A DNA stretch of 63,662 bases from contig BFEA01000010.1 in the NCBI GenBank assembly GCA_003427395.1, forward strand, positions 4,275,057 to 4,338,718, read 5' to 3'. Source of the stretch: Chara braunii (lineage: Eukaryota; Plantae; Charophyceae). The notes under the pieces were generated by a model. The model had not been told where the DNA came from, did not search any database, and saw only the letters and a program-made list of their open reading frames with translations. Below are positions 25,550 through 38,889 of the stretch, in pieces; within the stretch, counting starts at the first letter, position 1, and each line of letters begins with the position of its first letter. A program made the translations under genes and the position numbers.

Positions 25550-26353
25550 ATGGCGCGGTGGCTATCGTCCCCAATCTATTCAAGCAGACTGGAAATGCGA
25601 ATAGATGTTAAGGACGAGGTATGCATCGTTCTACCGGAAGAAGGGACCTGGACAAATCTAGAGCCAGCATACCAAACCGTGATGTTGGGTGAAGGAGACG
25701 TCTTCCTTTGGATAGAAACGTTGTGGACCAAGGTCAGCCTAACCCGGCTAACGCCGAGCTTGACAAATTTGGAATTCCGAGGGACTGTGGAGTCCCGGGG
25801 ATGGATCTACTTGTCCAAGGACGGAGATAATGCAATGGTTGTGGACTTGGCATTAGGGGTAGTCCCATACAATTTGTTTAGGCGGGCGAAACACGAAGCA
25901 GTGTGGGCGGCTTGTCAGCGGGAAGAGATGGAAATGAAAAAGATAGATGTGTGGGTGGAACTCGGAGATAGAGGGAACATAAGGTGACCACTTAGAACAA
26001 TGAGGTGCATCCTACCTCCGTTCTTGGTGGATGTTGTCTTCGGAACCTTGAGTAGGCTGATACGGATATGCCAGTCCATGTCAAGCCTCCAGCTGTACCT
26101 AGGCGCCCGACATGACTTTTTCCATCTATTGGTCGAAATGGGGCCCTTCGAAGGGAATTGGGCGAGAGAGCTAGCCGAGATACTAAATTGTCTCAGCACG
26201 GACGATGTGTTTGTCCCAAGCCCCGTCCATTGGAAAACGATCTACAAGAATGTAGCGATAGGGGAAACATTTCTGAAACGGATAAATGATCTATGGTATA
26301 AGGAAAAAGACGATCTCTCCGATGAGGAGGGAGATGATGCAAATGAGGACTGA
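25550..26353 (+). pseudogene. Unknown accessory protein, paralog 1 of 4
   Basis: ORFs 25550-25987 and 26000-26353 are in the same frame, separated by one TGA. Motifs FLWIETLW, IYLSKDG, LPPFLVD, VEMGPF. Confidence 0.65.
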
Positions 26354-26399
26354 GACTTTTGAGGGACAGGTCCGCAGGGTAGGAATGATAATGGTGGTC

Positions 26400-27166
26400 G
26401 ACACTGTATAGGGGGCAAGCATGGCTAGGGAACAACACTTAAATGATCTGATGTTTAGAGGGAGGAAACCAAGGAGGTTCGAAGGTGGAATAGAGATGAC
26501 CCTGCCAACAAGGAACGAATGGCGAGGAACGACCTATGACTGGGTAGGCAAGGAGATCGCATCAGAACTATCGTTTCTATGGGTAGAAAAGGTATGAAAC
26601 CCGTTAAGAAAGGAGGAAGGATGGGACGACGTAGCCGAAGGGAATGTGGAGTCCCTCGGGACGGTGTACCTATCGAAAAGGGGGTGGGATCTGTTCTGCG
26701 TAACACTGGCGTCCAAGCAAAACCTAATGTGGATCTTGGGGGAAGCCGAGTCATGAACTTGCGATATGGCCCAAGGTCTTGCCAACGAAGGATGGGATGA
26801 AATAAACAGCAGGGTTGTAATAGGAGGATGGGAGGAGCTTAGGCTGCCGTACCAGTTAGTCCAGACCTGGGTACCGCACTTCGTGGCAGATTGGTTTACG
26901 AACACATCCACGAGGTGGCGGAATCCTTGGACGGGGTAAACCTGGGCTCAACGTGGCGGGCCGATGCCTACTATAAGATCTCGCTAGAAGTAGGACCCTT
27001 CCATGGTGATAGAGCAAAAGAGGTCGTCAACATCCTGAAGGTTATTAAGGAGGACCAAATCAAGGTGAACGACAGAACCGAGGATGCGATACTTCGCCGC
27101 GAGGTGGCAACAACCCCCTCATATGTAGGCGATGTGTTCCTACTGTTCGAAGTCTTATGGGTTTAG
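26400..27166 (+). pseudogene. Unknown accessory protein, paralog 2 of 4
   Basis: FLWVEKV*, VESLGTVYLSKRGW, VPHFVAD, YYKISLEVGPF, LRREV..YVGDVFLLFEV; frameshifted. The start is approximate. Confidence 0.6.
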
Positions 27167-27299
27167 TCTGAAGGTTAACGCATAGACAGAAAGGGCGCCG
27201 ACGGCGGGCAAATAAGAAAAGGACCAGGGTATGCATAGGGGAGGATCAACACTTGAGCAAGTGTACATTCGGAAGAAGGTTGCGTTGTAGAATAGGGAA

Positions 27300-28142
27300 A
27301 ACTAAACTAGGAAAACACGGAATTTCGGTGGATGCAGCAGTCTAACGCGAAGGGGGACACCACAAAATGACTCGAAGAATGATGCTCTGGGAAAACAGGC
27401 TCGTGGGATCTTGCCGCCAAGCGAGATAGACAGCAGGATAAAAATAAGTATGCCGACAAGGAACGGGGTAAGCAACCCAATGATGGACTGGGTGGGAGTA
27501 AAGTTGGTGGAAGACACGGTGTATCTAGTAGTGGAGCTGGAATGGCGTGCAAGGGGGGAATTTGGGGGCGTCAACTTGGACCTTCCGGGACGCGTATAGG
27601 CCATGAGATCGTTGTTCCTATCGGAAGAAGGGTGACACACCTTTGGGATCACCTTGGCCTCCGGGGGCGACCACGTGCTAATGCTTGAAGGAACCTGGCA
27701 GATAACATGGCAAGAAGGATTGGAGTTCGCGGATCCATAACGGGATGACGTGACGGCTGAAGTTAGAATCGTCAGGGCAGGAGCCTTCACTCTGCCAAAT
27801 GAAATTGTACGGATGAGACTGTCGCCCTTCCTACTGGGACGAATGAGAAACTTGAAATGAGTTGAGCAGGCGGTGGCTGCGCTAGCTAGGCTAAGCCTTG
27901 AGGAAACCTTGGTATACCAAAAATACTATCGGGCCTTCCTAGAGTTGGGGCCATTTGAGGAAAAACAGGGATACGAAGTGCTATGCGTTTTGTGTGCGGC
28001 GGTAATAACTAGACCGAGGATTCCACTAGTAAGTGACGAGACTATGTGGGGAGTCATTAGGCGCGAAGTAAGTCGCAAAATGACCTACGTAGACGACATT
28101 CATCGTCTGTTCGAGCTACCGGAGGAGGAGGTAGTCCAATAG
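27300..28142 (+). pseudogene. Unknown accessory protein, paralog 3 of 4
   Basis: VYLVVELEW, LFLSEEG*HTFGITLASG, LSPFLLG, YYRAFLELGPF, IRREV..YVDDIHRLFEL. The start is approximate. Confidence 0.6.
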
Positions 28143-28350
28143 GAAGGAAAAGGGAACGAGGGTAGCATGAAGGACCATCTGGCGGGGTTTGGGGCCTTAG
28201 GAGAAGCAGAAGGTAATTACTTTCTATTTGAACCATGTAGGAATCCACCAACCAGCGATGGCAATGAGGCGCACCCGAGCGTTGCGGCGAGCCGCACCCT
28301 CGCCCGCCCACGGAGAGTTGTAAAGGGGGGGAGGTGTGACTCTCGGTAAC

Positions 28351-28920
28351 CTACGAGGTTGGAGGGATTGACGTGGAATGACGAACTGTGACCTTGGGGA
28401 GGAACAAAGCCTTCATGATGGTAGAATGCCTATGGAGCGGTATGAGATTCAATAGAGGGTTAGGAGATGACTTGTACATCGATCTGAGGGTAACCGAAAC
28501 TTTGTATCTGCCTGAGATTGGGTGGCACATGCTAGGGACCGAGGTAACCCTGGGGCACGGGTTACTGCCAATCTTTCGGAGAGCGGCCCGGACATTGGTC
28601 CGAATAGGCCAAGAGATTCGGGGTAGAAGGAATGTAGGGCCGAAAACTCGGGCGGAAGTAGGAGGATGGCGGGAATTTAGAGTCTCGACATTTGAGTTGC
28701 AATGTCGAGTACCTCGTTTCATGATAGACTTGGTATTCGGAAGCCTCCCGAGGCCAAGGGATCTGGTGAATGCGACCTTAATCAGGGTACACCATTTCCA
28801 GCCGCAGACGACGGGAATGTTTTATGATGTGTCGGTAAAACACGAACTGTTTTGGGGAAATCGGATTTGGCAAGTGATTCCTCCCAAACCAAGAAAGAGG
28901 AGGGTGGACCATTATGGCCA
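28351..28920 (+). pseudogene. Unknown accessory protein, paralog 4 of 4 (C-terminus lost or interrupted)
   Basis: VTLGRNKAFMMVECLW, LYLPEIGW, IFRRA and VPRFMIDLVFGSL align with paralog 1. Confidence 0.6.
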
Positions 28921-28939
28921 CTATAAAAATAGATATAGT

Positions 28940-29386
28940 CTACGTTGCATAGAGTACACGTACGGGGGCTTCCCGTACAAAACGTACAGGTTATTTCTGT
29001 ACGGGATCTGTACGGGAACCTGTACGGGAACCTGTACGTCTTGTACGCCCCCGTACGAGAAAAAAAAAAAAAAANNNNNNNNNNNNNNNNNNNNNNNNNN
29101 NNNNNNNNNNNNNNNNNNNNNNNNNNNNNNNNNNNNNNNNNNNNNNNNNAAAAAAAAAAAAACCCAAAAAGTCATCAAAAAAATCCGAAAAAAAACTATG
29201 TGATGCAACAACACAAAACAAGCAACATTTGGCTGAGCATCATCTTCAGATTCTTATTAGAATTTGAGAAAAAAAATAAAAACAATATCGGATTATAAAA
29301 AAAAAAATTCGTACGGGGCCCCTAGCGTACGAGTACAAGAGTACGAGTCCGTACTCGTACGAGGGTGCGTACAAGTGGCAACGTAG
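28940..29386. mobile_element. Non-autonomous hAT-like DNA transposon (MITE)
   Basis: TIR CTACGTTGC.../...GCAACGTAG, perfect 8-bp TSD gatatagt (28932-28939 and 29387-29394), and dense subterminal (c)gtac motifs. Confidence 0.85.
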
Positions 29387-30049
29387 GATATAGTAAATGG
29401 CAAGGATGGAGAGATCATGAAGCCGACAGTAAGCCTTAGGACCTAGGATCCTAAGAACCTTGGGCGGTCGTCCATCCCCCAAAAATTTTTCTTATGTGCA
29501 AAAGTAGAGAAGGATGGCGACTGAGAAAGGAGCGGGAGCCTACGAAGCAAGGGGAGTCAAAGCATAGAAAAGGATGTAGAACAAAACGAGGGTACCGTGA
29601 GAGACCCAGAGTCGAAAAAATCGGAAGGTAAAAAGGAAGGAAGAAAGGAAGTTGTGACTGGGAAAAACTCAGAAAAAAACGGAGGAAGCAAACGAGGGAC
29701 CCAGGAAACTGGGGGAGATAGGGATAAAGGCAGCCCGGCGCCGCGAGCATCGGAAGGTGCACTGTCGAAAAAGGTAAGGCTAACGGACGCCCGGAAGAAG
29801 TTAGCCGAGATAGAAAGAAGGACGACAAAATACAAGGCAAAGTTGATGGAAAAAATGATGAATGAGAGGGAGGGGGACTTCGTCGGAAAAAGGTCGAGTG
29901 ACGAGCAAAAGGCAAACCAAGGGCGAGGGAGTTGAGATGATGCTATGCAAAGAAGAAAGGATAGGACTAGGGAGCGCAGAGAGACACCGACTAAGAAAGG
30001 GAAACAGAGAACGGGATCTCCGGAAAGGGAGGTGGAAAAAACCACCAAC

Positions 30050-30693
30050 CCACATGCTATAGACAGCGGGACAAGCCGACCAGTGGATGCGAAAGACTTT
30101 GGAGCTTGAGAGAGAGGGTGCTAGGGGTGACCTCGGCTTGTCCTGCTGTCACCAGTAGGAACTGCCTAAGGAAATATTTGCTCATTATACGATTGGTCAC
30201 CCCTAAGATTTCTTGAGGGAATTTACCCTCGTGGCATTGCAAATCCTAGGGGTGACCAATCGTATAATGAGCAAATATTTCCTTAGGCAGTTCACCGAGT
30301 TCGACAAAGATAAGATCATATCAGCCTACCAACAGACCACAAAATTTATGAATACAAGGGACGTCGACTTCAGTACGGTGACAGACATTGCTGAGAAAAT
30401 GGTCGTAACCAACTCGTTGGCCCTGCTGAAGGAGGGAGACGTCATTGACTTTACCGGTAAAACAGAAGATAAGGTGAAAAGAGAGACACAGAGTCTGCAT
30501 GAGCGTGTCCATGGGGTAGATGGAAAGATCGAAAGAGTAAAGAACACATTAATGGTAATGCAAGCCCAAGTGACACAAACCCAGGCGGCTCGACCCCCCC
30601 TCCCGCCGCGAGAGGCTGTGGCATCGACAGGAATAGCTAACCGAGATTTTAATAGAAGGGATCCAACCAATGAACAATGCAGGTATTGCACGT
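30050..30693 (+). pseudogene. gag: gag of the giant element, part before the solo-LTR insertion
   Basis: Coiled-coil-like region ending NEQCRYCT; joins LVGHFARIC after 42442 to give CX2CX4HX4C. The start is approximate. Confidence 0.8.
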
Positions 30694-33600
30694 TGTCAGG
30701 ACCGGTGGGTCCCGAGACAAGTCCTGACCCCTGAGAAACGGTATATGGCAGAATTGTGCACAACAGAGAAAACCAGAGGCAAGAGAGATAGGAAGGATGA
30801 AAGGCTAAGGCATAAGTATTGACGCCTAGGGGCCTAGAAAAATGCCCTGGGTTGCCGAAACCAGTGGACCAAAAAGAAATTCGTAGGATATTAAGCGGCA
30901 AAGAGCCGCAAAAAAATAATTAAGGTGGCCCTTCTTTCCGAAAAAAGAAGGACCGCTAGGAAAATAATGTCGTGGGTTGTGCACCACAGGGAAAAAAGAG
31001 TCAAGGAGGTCAATAAAATAATGATGGGGCACCGACACATGAGAACTCAGCACGGGGTCAAGGGGGCCACCGGAGTGCGATATAAGAAAGGTCAAAGGGC
31101 CATGAACCAAGTAAGGAGCCGTGACCGAAAAAATAGGCACGCATGAGACATTGAAAGAGACTATAAATGGGGCAGCAATGGGGAAGAAAGTGCCAAGAGA
31201 AACTGGGACACCGCAAGGAAAAATGTCAAGGACCATAGGGGACTAAGTAAAAATAATGACATTTTGGGGCCAAGTACCGGTGGGGCTACCGATGGGACAA
31301 GTGTCGGGGACTAGCGGGGGAGAAGTGGCGGGGACTTGTGATATCCCAAGACAGAGTTATGAAGGGCTATAAGAGAAGGATGCCCAAAGCAAGACGTGCC
31401 GTCAAAATCAAGCTCTAGACGAGCAAGAATATCAACACCACTAGTACAAACAGTAGTGGAAGCAAACGGGAGGATCAAATCAGAAAGGAAAGCAAAAGAA
31501 AAGTAAGGGAAGAGGCATGGCAACAATCCGAAATATCTTGGACTAGCCACCTTGAAGAAAATGGAGCCAAGAGAGACTCCATGTAAAAAATAGGCTCCCG
31601 TGAGAAAATCGCAGCAAAGGGGGCCACAGTTTGGAAGAAAGGGAAGCAAAAGGAGATTCCCATGAGCATGGGAAAACCCCAATTGTAGTTCGAGAAATAA
31701 CGGACTGCACCTTAGGCACAGGAAGGGTCAAAACTAAGAGGAAGGGCCTAGAAAAGACCTTAACGGCTAATTGACACTTGACATGCTAGAAAAAGAAAAA
31801 AAAAAGGTGGGAGAATAAGACAGAAGGAGTGAGAGGGAGTGAGTGAGTTGGTCGTCAGTAGGGACTGCCATAAGTAGGGACTGACAAGTCTCTACTGTCA
31901 GAAAAAAAAAGAAAAAAAAAGAAAAAAGAAAAAAACCTTAACGGTAAAAAACGATCACTTGGGGACATACATCTGTGACCAGATACATCTTGGGATATGG
32001 CGGTTGCAAAAGATCTTGCTTTTCTCTTGATTTTATAGAGAAAATCAAGAAAAATCAAGGCCTCATGCAACCGAGATACAATGGATTGCATGGGGGAGGG
32101 GAAACACATGTTTTAAATGCATCCGGAGCCAATATGGAGTCCGGATGCACTTGGGAGTTGACCGTTGCATTTGGTTTCAGTTTAAGGCATGTTGTGAGGC
32201 CATGAGGCTAGGAAAGAGGCCGTTATGGCCGTCCGAGAGATAACGGACTGCATTAGGGTGCCTAAGCCAAAAGGAAAAAGGGCCTAGACTCACCAAAAAC
32301 GCTAGAAAAGAACACCCTTGGCTTGGGCAAACAAAAACGATAAATGGGGGTCGCGAGATGGTGGATCTCGTGGCCTGGAGTATTCGCGCCACTTGAGGCC
32401 CATGAGAAGAAGGGATTGGGGCTGTCGGGGATAATGAAGCCCCAAATAAAAATGGGACGTCACCGGGAATGATGTCATGGACTAAATGGGGCCAAATAAA
32501 AATAGTTGAAATTTGGGACATGCGTTGGGGGGACCGCCGCCGGGACTAGAAAATGAAACTGACATGAAAAAATGGCGGGGACTTGAGTAGTCCCAAGAGG
32601 ACCATGAACCAGCAAAAGAGGACTGTGCAAGCAAGTAGTGCCGTCAAGATCAAAATCTTGACGGTGAATAATATCATCCAATGTGAGTGCAAAAGTGAAA
32701 GAGCCTAGGGAGAGGGTACAAGGAGGCAAAAATGAGAGAAAAAGGGTAAAGGAGGGACTGCCCAGCAGTCCGAGATATCTCAGACTAGCAAGGCACAAGA
32801 AAATAGAGCCTCAATGGGCTATATAAAGAAAATAAGTTGCCAAGGAAAAATCGGAGCACAAGAGGGCTAAAAAATAAAAAAACGGGGGCAAATGGGAGCC
32901 TAATGAGCATGGGGATTTCATTATTGCAATCCGAGTTGCAACGGCCAACAGCTGGCTATGAACCTGACCATGAATGAGGTTCTAAGGCCTAGAAAGAGGA
33001 TGCACAACAACTTGGTACTTGTCACAACAGGAAAAAAAAAAAAAGGAAAGAAATATAGGAGAAAAAAGAGGGAGGATGAGACAAAAAGGGAGAAAAGAGT
33101 GGAGGAGAATGTGTCGGTCAGTTCGGACTGGCACAATAGGGACTGACAGGTCCCTACTATGACCTCATCCCTCCAGATTTTGTGGAGGGCAATCCGGATT
33201 GTAGAGATAATGTCCTTGGGGTATTATCTCAACAATATCTGAATTTAAAAGGGCAAAAATGAGTGAAAAAGCAAAAAGGAGTTGACCGTTTTTTTTGTGA
33301 GTCATGGATCTGAGATCAGATCTCATGGTTGAGAACATATGGCTGTTTTTTGTGGGGCCAGCTCAAACGGCCAACTCCGGAATGAGTTGGCAGCCCAAAA
33401 TGGAAAGAAACAAAAGAAGAAAAATGCGAAAATTGTGCATTTGGCCCCAAAAGAAGGCCAGCTGCACCAAAAATTGAAAAAGTGAGCATAGGGTTTCAAA
33501 ATTGAAGCAAGGACCACTTGGGGGTAGTTGAAAATTATGTTGGCCTTGGATCTCAACTAGATCCAAATCTGGGATTGATACGAGACATGAAAAAATATCT

Positions 33601-34826
33601 CGGCCTACCAAAAAAGGGGTAGGAACAACAAAAATCAAGAAAAATGTTCATAAGGCCTTTTTCTTTCAAGTAAGGCTGCCCCTTGAGCATTCGGACACAA
33701 GGGGGCAACATTGGAAAAATAAAAGGAGGCTTGAGGAGACCAAGAGGCAGTCCGAGTTGGTACCAGCCACTCAGACTGCATGAACTTGGCCAAAATGAGG
33801 CCCATGTGCCCCCGGAGAGGCCTGGTGGTGGGGTTTGGCCTTAGGGGTACCTCGGTTCACTTGGAGGTACATAGGGAGGCTCAAGGGTTGACCGGTTCAT
33901 CAGTTCCGGCCTACATAAGCTAAGGGAGCAGAACGCCTCACTCACATTTGCATGAGGAGTGCCCATGCTGCCCAAGTGAGCTCATAGGAGCACTCTACCA
34001 ACTTGGAGTGAGAGGAGGGGAACCGCTGCCAGTTAGGAGGCTTGAAGGAGGCTGTGGGCTAGTAGAACCTCCCATTAGAGCAAGTGTGAGTAGTGGAGGC
34101 TCAAGGTGGTGGTCCGACATAGGCCCCCAGGCTGCAAGAGAGAGAGAGAGACTTAGAGGAACGCATTCAACCCTCCTAGAGGGAAGGACTCCATAGCCTT
34201 GGTGGTTGGAGTTTGCCTTAACCAGGGGAAAGCTGAGAGAGGGAGGAGATGAGGGTTTGAGGGAGAAGAGGGCCATAGCTAAATGAGGGAGAAGGAGCTT
34301 CATCTGATTGGTCTTCAACACCAACAAAAGAAAGGAGAGTTGAGTGGAAACAAGGAGGAGGATCTTCTTCTTATTATTATTATTNTTTTTTTTTTTTCTT
34401 CTTCTTCTTCCTCTTTTTTTTTTTTTTTTTTTTTTTTTNTCTTTNTTNNTTACTTTTCATCCCCTCCTCTTCTCCTTCTTCCTCATCATCTTCTGATCCT
34501 TTCCTCAGGGGGGTGAGAAGTAGTTCAGTCATTGATAGTACCTCCATGCTGACCATTTCCTTCACTCCCTGGCAAATTGTCACTTTGGGCTATAACTTTC
34601 CTGGCTTGAGGGAAAGATTTGCTCACTCCCACCTAACGATCTACCTCTCCCCCCACTTGGGGTTAAATCCCTACTTTGATCTTCACTCATCGAGACACTT
34701 TGGTGATCTTAGCCTCCGACATTGCCCATTTTTCCACCTTGTAATGATCGGATTCAAGGCTGGAAGTTTCCATGAGTGCTATGCAGGTGTTCGAGCAAGT
34801 CTCACTCACATGCAATTCTCTACTCT

Positions 34827-37800
34827 CACTTGGTGATGTACCGGTTCCTTCCTAGTTACTCCATAGCTCACATATGTGTATGCTGCACTCTCACATGTGC
34901 AAGTTCAGTTTTTCCTCACTTGGTGATATGTCGGTTCCTTCCTAGTTGCTCCATATCTCATGTATGTATGTGTTGTAGTCTCATTGGTGCAAGTTCAGTC
35001 TTTCTCTCATTTGGTAATGTGACGGTTCCTTCCTAGTTGCTCCATAGCTCATGTATGTATGTGCTGTAGTCTCTTTGGTGCAAGTTCAGTCTTTCTCTCA
35101 TTTGGTGATGTGGCGGTCCCTTCCTAGTTGCTCCATAACTCAAGTACATATGTGTTTTAGTCTCATTGGTGCAAGTTCAGTCTTTCTGTCATTTGGTGAC
35201 GTGGCGGTTTCTTCCTAGTTGCTCCATAGCTCATGTATGTATGTGTTGTAGTCTTTTTGGTGCAAGTTCAGTCTTTCTCTCACTTGGTGGAGTACCAGTT
35301 CCTTCCTAGTTGTTACATAGGTCATGTGTGTATGTACTGTAGTCTCATTGGTGCAAGTTCAGTCTTTGTCTCATTTGGTGGAGTGACGGTTTCTTCCTAG
35401 TTGCTCCATAACTCATGCAAGTATGTGTTGTCGTCTCTTTGGTGTCAGTTCATTCTTTCACTCATTTGGTGATGTGACGGTTCCTTCCTAGTTGCTCCAT
35501 AGTTCATGTATGTGTGTGTTGTAGTCTCAATGGTGCAAGTTCAGTTTTTGTCTCACTTGGTGAAGTACCCGGTCCCTTCCTAGTTGTTCCATAACTCATG
35601 TATGTATGTACTTTAGTCTCATTGGTGCAAGTTCATTCTTTCTCTCATTTGCTGATGTGGCGGTTCCTTCCTAGTTGCTCCATAACTCATGTATGTATGT
35701 GTTGTAGTCTTAATGGTGCAAGTTCAGTCTTTCTCTCATTTGGTGATATGGCGGTTCCTTCCTAGTTGCTCCATANCTCATGTATGTATGTGTTGTAGCC
35801 TCTTTGGTGCCAGTTCAGTCGTTCTCTCATTTGGTGATGTGGCAGCTGGTGATGTGGCAGCTCCTTCCTAGTTGGTCCACAACTCATGTATATGTATGTA
35901 CTGCAGTCTCCTTGGTGCAAGTTCAGTCTTTCTCTCACTTGGTGATGTGGGGGTTCCTTCCCATAGCTCGTGTATGTGTGTGTTGTAGTCTCAATGGTGC
36001 AAGTTCAGTCTTTTTCTCACTTGGTGAAGTACCGGTTCCTTCCCAGTTGTTCCATACCTCATGTATGTATGTACTGTAGTCTCATTGGTGCAAGTTCAGT
36101 CTTTCTCTCATTTGCTGATGTGGCGGTTCCTTCCTAGTTGCTCCATAGCTCATGTATGTATGTGTTGTAGTCTCTTTGGTGTCAGTTCAGTCTTTCTCTC
36201 ATTTGGTGATGTGGCGGTTCCTTCCTAGTTGCTCCATAGCTCATGTATGTATATGTTGTAGTCTTGTTGGTGGAAGTTTAGTTTTTCTCTCACTTGGTGG
36301 AGTACCGGTTCCTTCCTAGATGTTCCATAATTCATGTATGTATGTACTATAGTCTCATTGGTGCAAGTTCAGTCTTTCTCTCATTTGGTGATGTACTAGT
36401 TCCTTCCTCGTTGTTCCATAGCTCATGTATGTATGTACTGTAGTCTCATTGGTGCAAGTTCAATTTTTCTTTCATCTGCAGAAGTACCGGTTCCTTCCTA
36501 GTTGCTGCATAACTCATGTATGTATGTGTTGTAGACTTATTAGTTCAAGTTCAGTCTTTCTCTCACTTGGTGTTGTACCGGTCCCTTCCTAGTTGTTCCA
36601 TAGTTCATGTATGTGTATGTTGTAGTCATTGGTGCCAGTTCAGTCTTTCTCTCACTTAGTGATGTGGCGGTTCCTTCCTAGTTGCTCCATAACTCATGTA
36701 TGTATGTGTTGTAGTCCCATTGGTGGAAGTTCAGTCCTTCTCTCACTTGGTGATATACCAGTTCCTTCCTAGTTGTTTCATACCTCATGTATGTGTGTGT
36801 TAAAGTCTCATGGATACAAGTCGAGTCTTTCTCTCATTTGGTGGTATGATGGTTCCTTCCTCGTTACTCCATATCTCGTGTATGTATGTACTGTAGCCTC
36901 ATTGGTACAAGTTCAGTCTCTCTATCACTTGGTGATGTACCGGTTCCTTCCTTGTTGCTCCATAGCTCACATGTGTGTATGTTGCACTCTCACATATGCA
37001 AGTTCAGTCTTCTCTCACTTGGTGATGTGGCGGTGCTTTCCTAGTTGCTCCATAGCTCATGTATGTGTGTGCTATAGTCTCACATATGCACTTTCACTTG
37101 GTGATATACCAGTTCCTTCTTAGTTGCTCCATACTTCACATGTGTGCATACTGCACTCTAATATGTGCAAGTTCAGTCCTTCTTTAGTTGGGGATGTGGC
37201 GGTGCTCTTCTAGTTGCTCCATAGCTCATGTATGTGTGTGCTGAAGTCTCATTGGTACAAGTTCAGTCTTTCTCTCACTTGGTGATATACCGGTTCTTTC
37301 CTAGTTGTTCCATAGCCCATTTATGTGTATGTTGGAGTCTCATTGGTGCAAGTTCAGTCTTTCTCCCACTTGGTGATGTGCTGGTTCCTTCCTAGTTGCT
37401 CCATAGCTCATGTGTGTGTATGATGTAGGTCCATTTGTCCAAGTTAAGTCTTTCTCCCAGTTAGTGATGTACCGGTGCCTTCCTAGTCGCTCCATAGCTC
37501 ATGTGTGTATATGCTGCAGGTCCATTTGTCGAAGTTCAGTCTTTCTCTCACTTGGGGATGTGACGTTGCTTTCCTAGTTGCTCCATAGCTCATGTATGTG
37601 TGTGCTGAAGTCTCATTGATACAAGTTCAATCTTTCTCTCACCTGGTGATATACCGGTTCTTTCCTAGTTGTTCCATAGCTCATGTATGTGTGTGTTGTA
37701 ATCTTATAGGTGCAAGTTCAGTCTTTCTCCCACTTAGTGATGTGCTGGTTGCTTCCTAGTTGCTCCATAGCTCATGTGTGTGTATGTTGTAGGTCCATTT

Positions 37801-38660
37801 GTCCAAGTTCAGTCTCTCTCCCACTTAGTGATGTACCGGTTCCTTCCTAGTTGCTCCATAGCTCATGTGTGTGTATGTTGCAGGTCCATTTGTCCAAGTT
37901 CTGTCTTTCTCTCACTTGGTGATATGGCGATGCTATCCTAGTTGTTCCATGGCTCATGTACGTGTGTGTTGTAGTCTCATTGGTGCAAGTTCAGTCTTTC
38001 TCTCCCTTCGTGATGTGGCGGTGCTTTCCTAGTTGCTCCATAGCTCATGTATGTGTGTGTTGTAGTCTCATTGGTGCAAGTTCAGTCTTTCTCTCACTCG
38101 GTGATGTGTCGGTTCCTTCCTAGTTGCTCCATAACTCATGCATGTATGTGATGTAGTCTCATTGATGCAAGTTTAGTCTTCCTCCCACTTGGTGATGTCC
38201 TGGTTCATTCGTAGTTGCTTCACAACTCATGTGTGTGTATGTTGTAGGTCCATTTGTCCAAGTTCACTCTTTCGCTCACTTGGTGATGTCGTGGTGCTTT
38301 CCTAGTTGCTTCACATCTCATGTATGTGTGTGCCGTAGTGTCATTTGTGCAAGTTCAGTCTTTCTCTCACTTGGTGGTGTGGCGATGCTTTCCTAGTTGC
38401 TCCATAGCTCATGTATGTGTGTGTTGTAGTCTCACTTGTGCAAGTTCAGTCTCTCTCTCACTTGGTGATGTGGCGGTTTCTTCCTAGTTGCTCCGTAGCT
38501 CATGTATGTGTATGTTGTAGTCTCATTAGGGCAACTTCAGTCTTTCTCTCACTTGGTGATGTACTGGTTCCTTCCTAGTGCTCCATAACTCATGTGTGTG
38601 TATTTTGTGGGTCCACTTGTCTAAGTTCAGTTTTTTTCTCACCTGATGCTATACCGGTTC
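34827..38660. repeat. 91-bp satellite array, type B (~42 units), in the solo LTR
   Basis: Unit cacttggtgatgtggcggttccttcctagttgctccatagctcatgtatgtatgtgttgtagtctcattggtgcaagttcagtctttctct. Confidence 0.95.
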
Positions 38661-38714
38661 AGATCTTGAACCAGGGGTGGTAGGACGAGTAAGGATAAGG
38701 CTTGATTAGGGAGA

Positions 38715-38798
<84 letters not shown>

Positions 38799-38799
38799 N

Positions 38800-38889
<90 letters not shown>

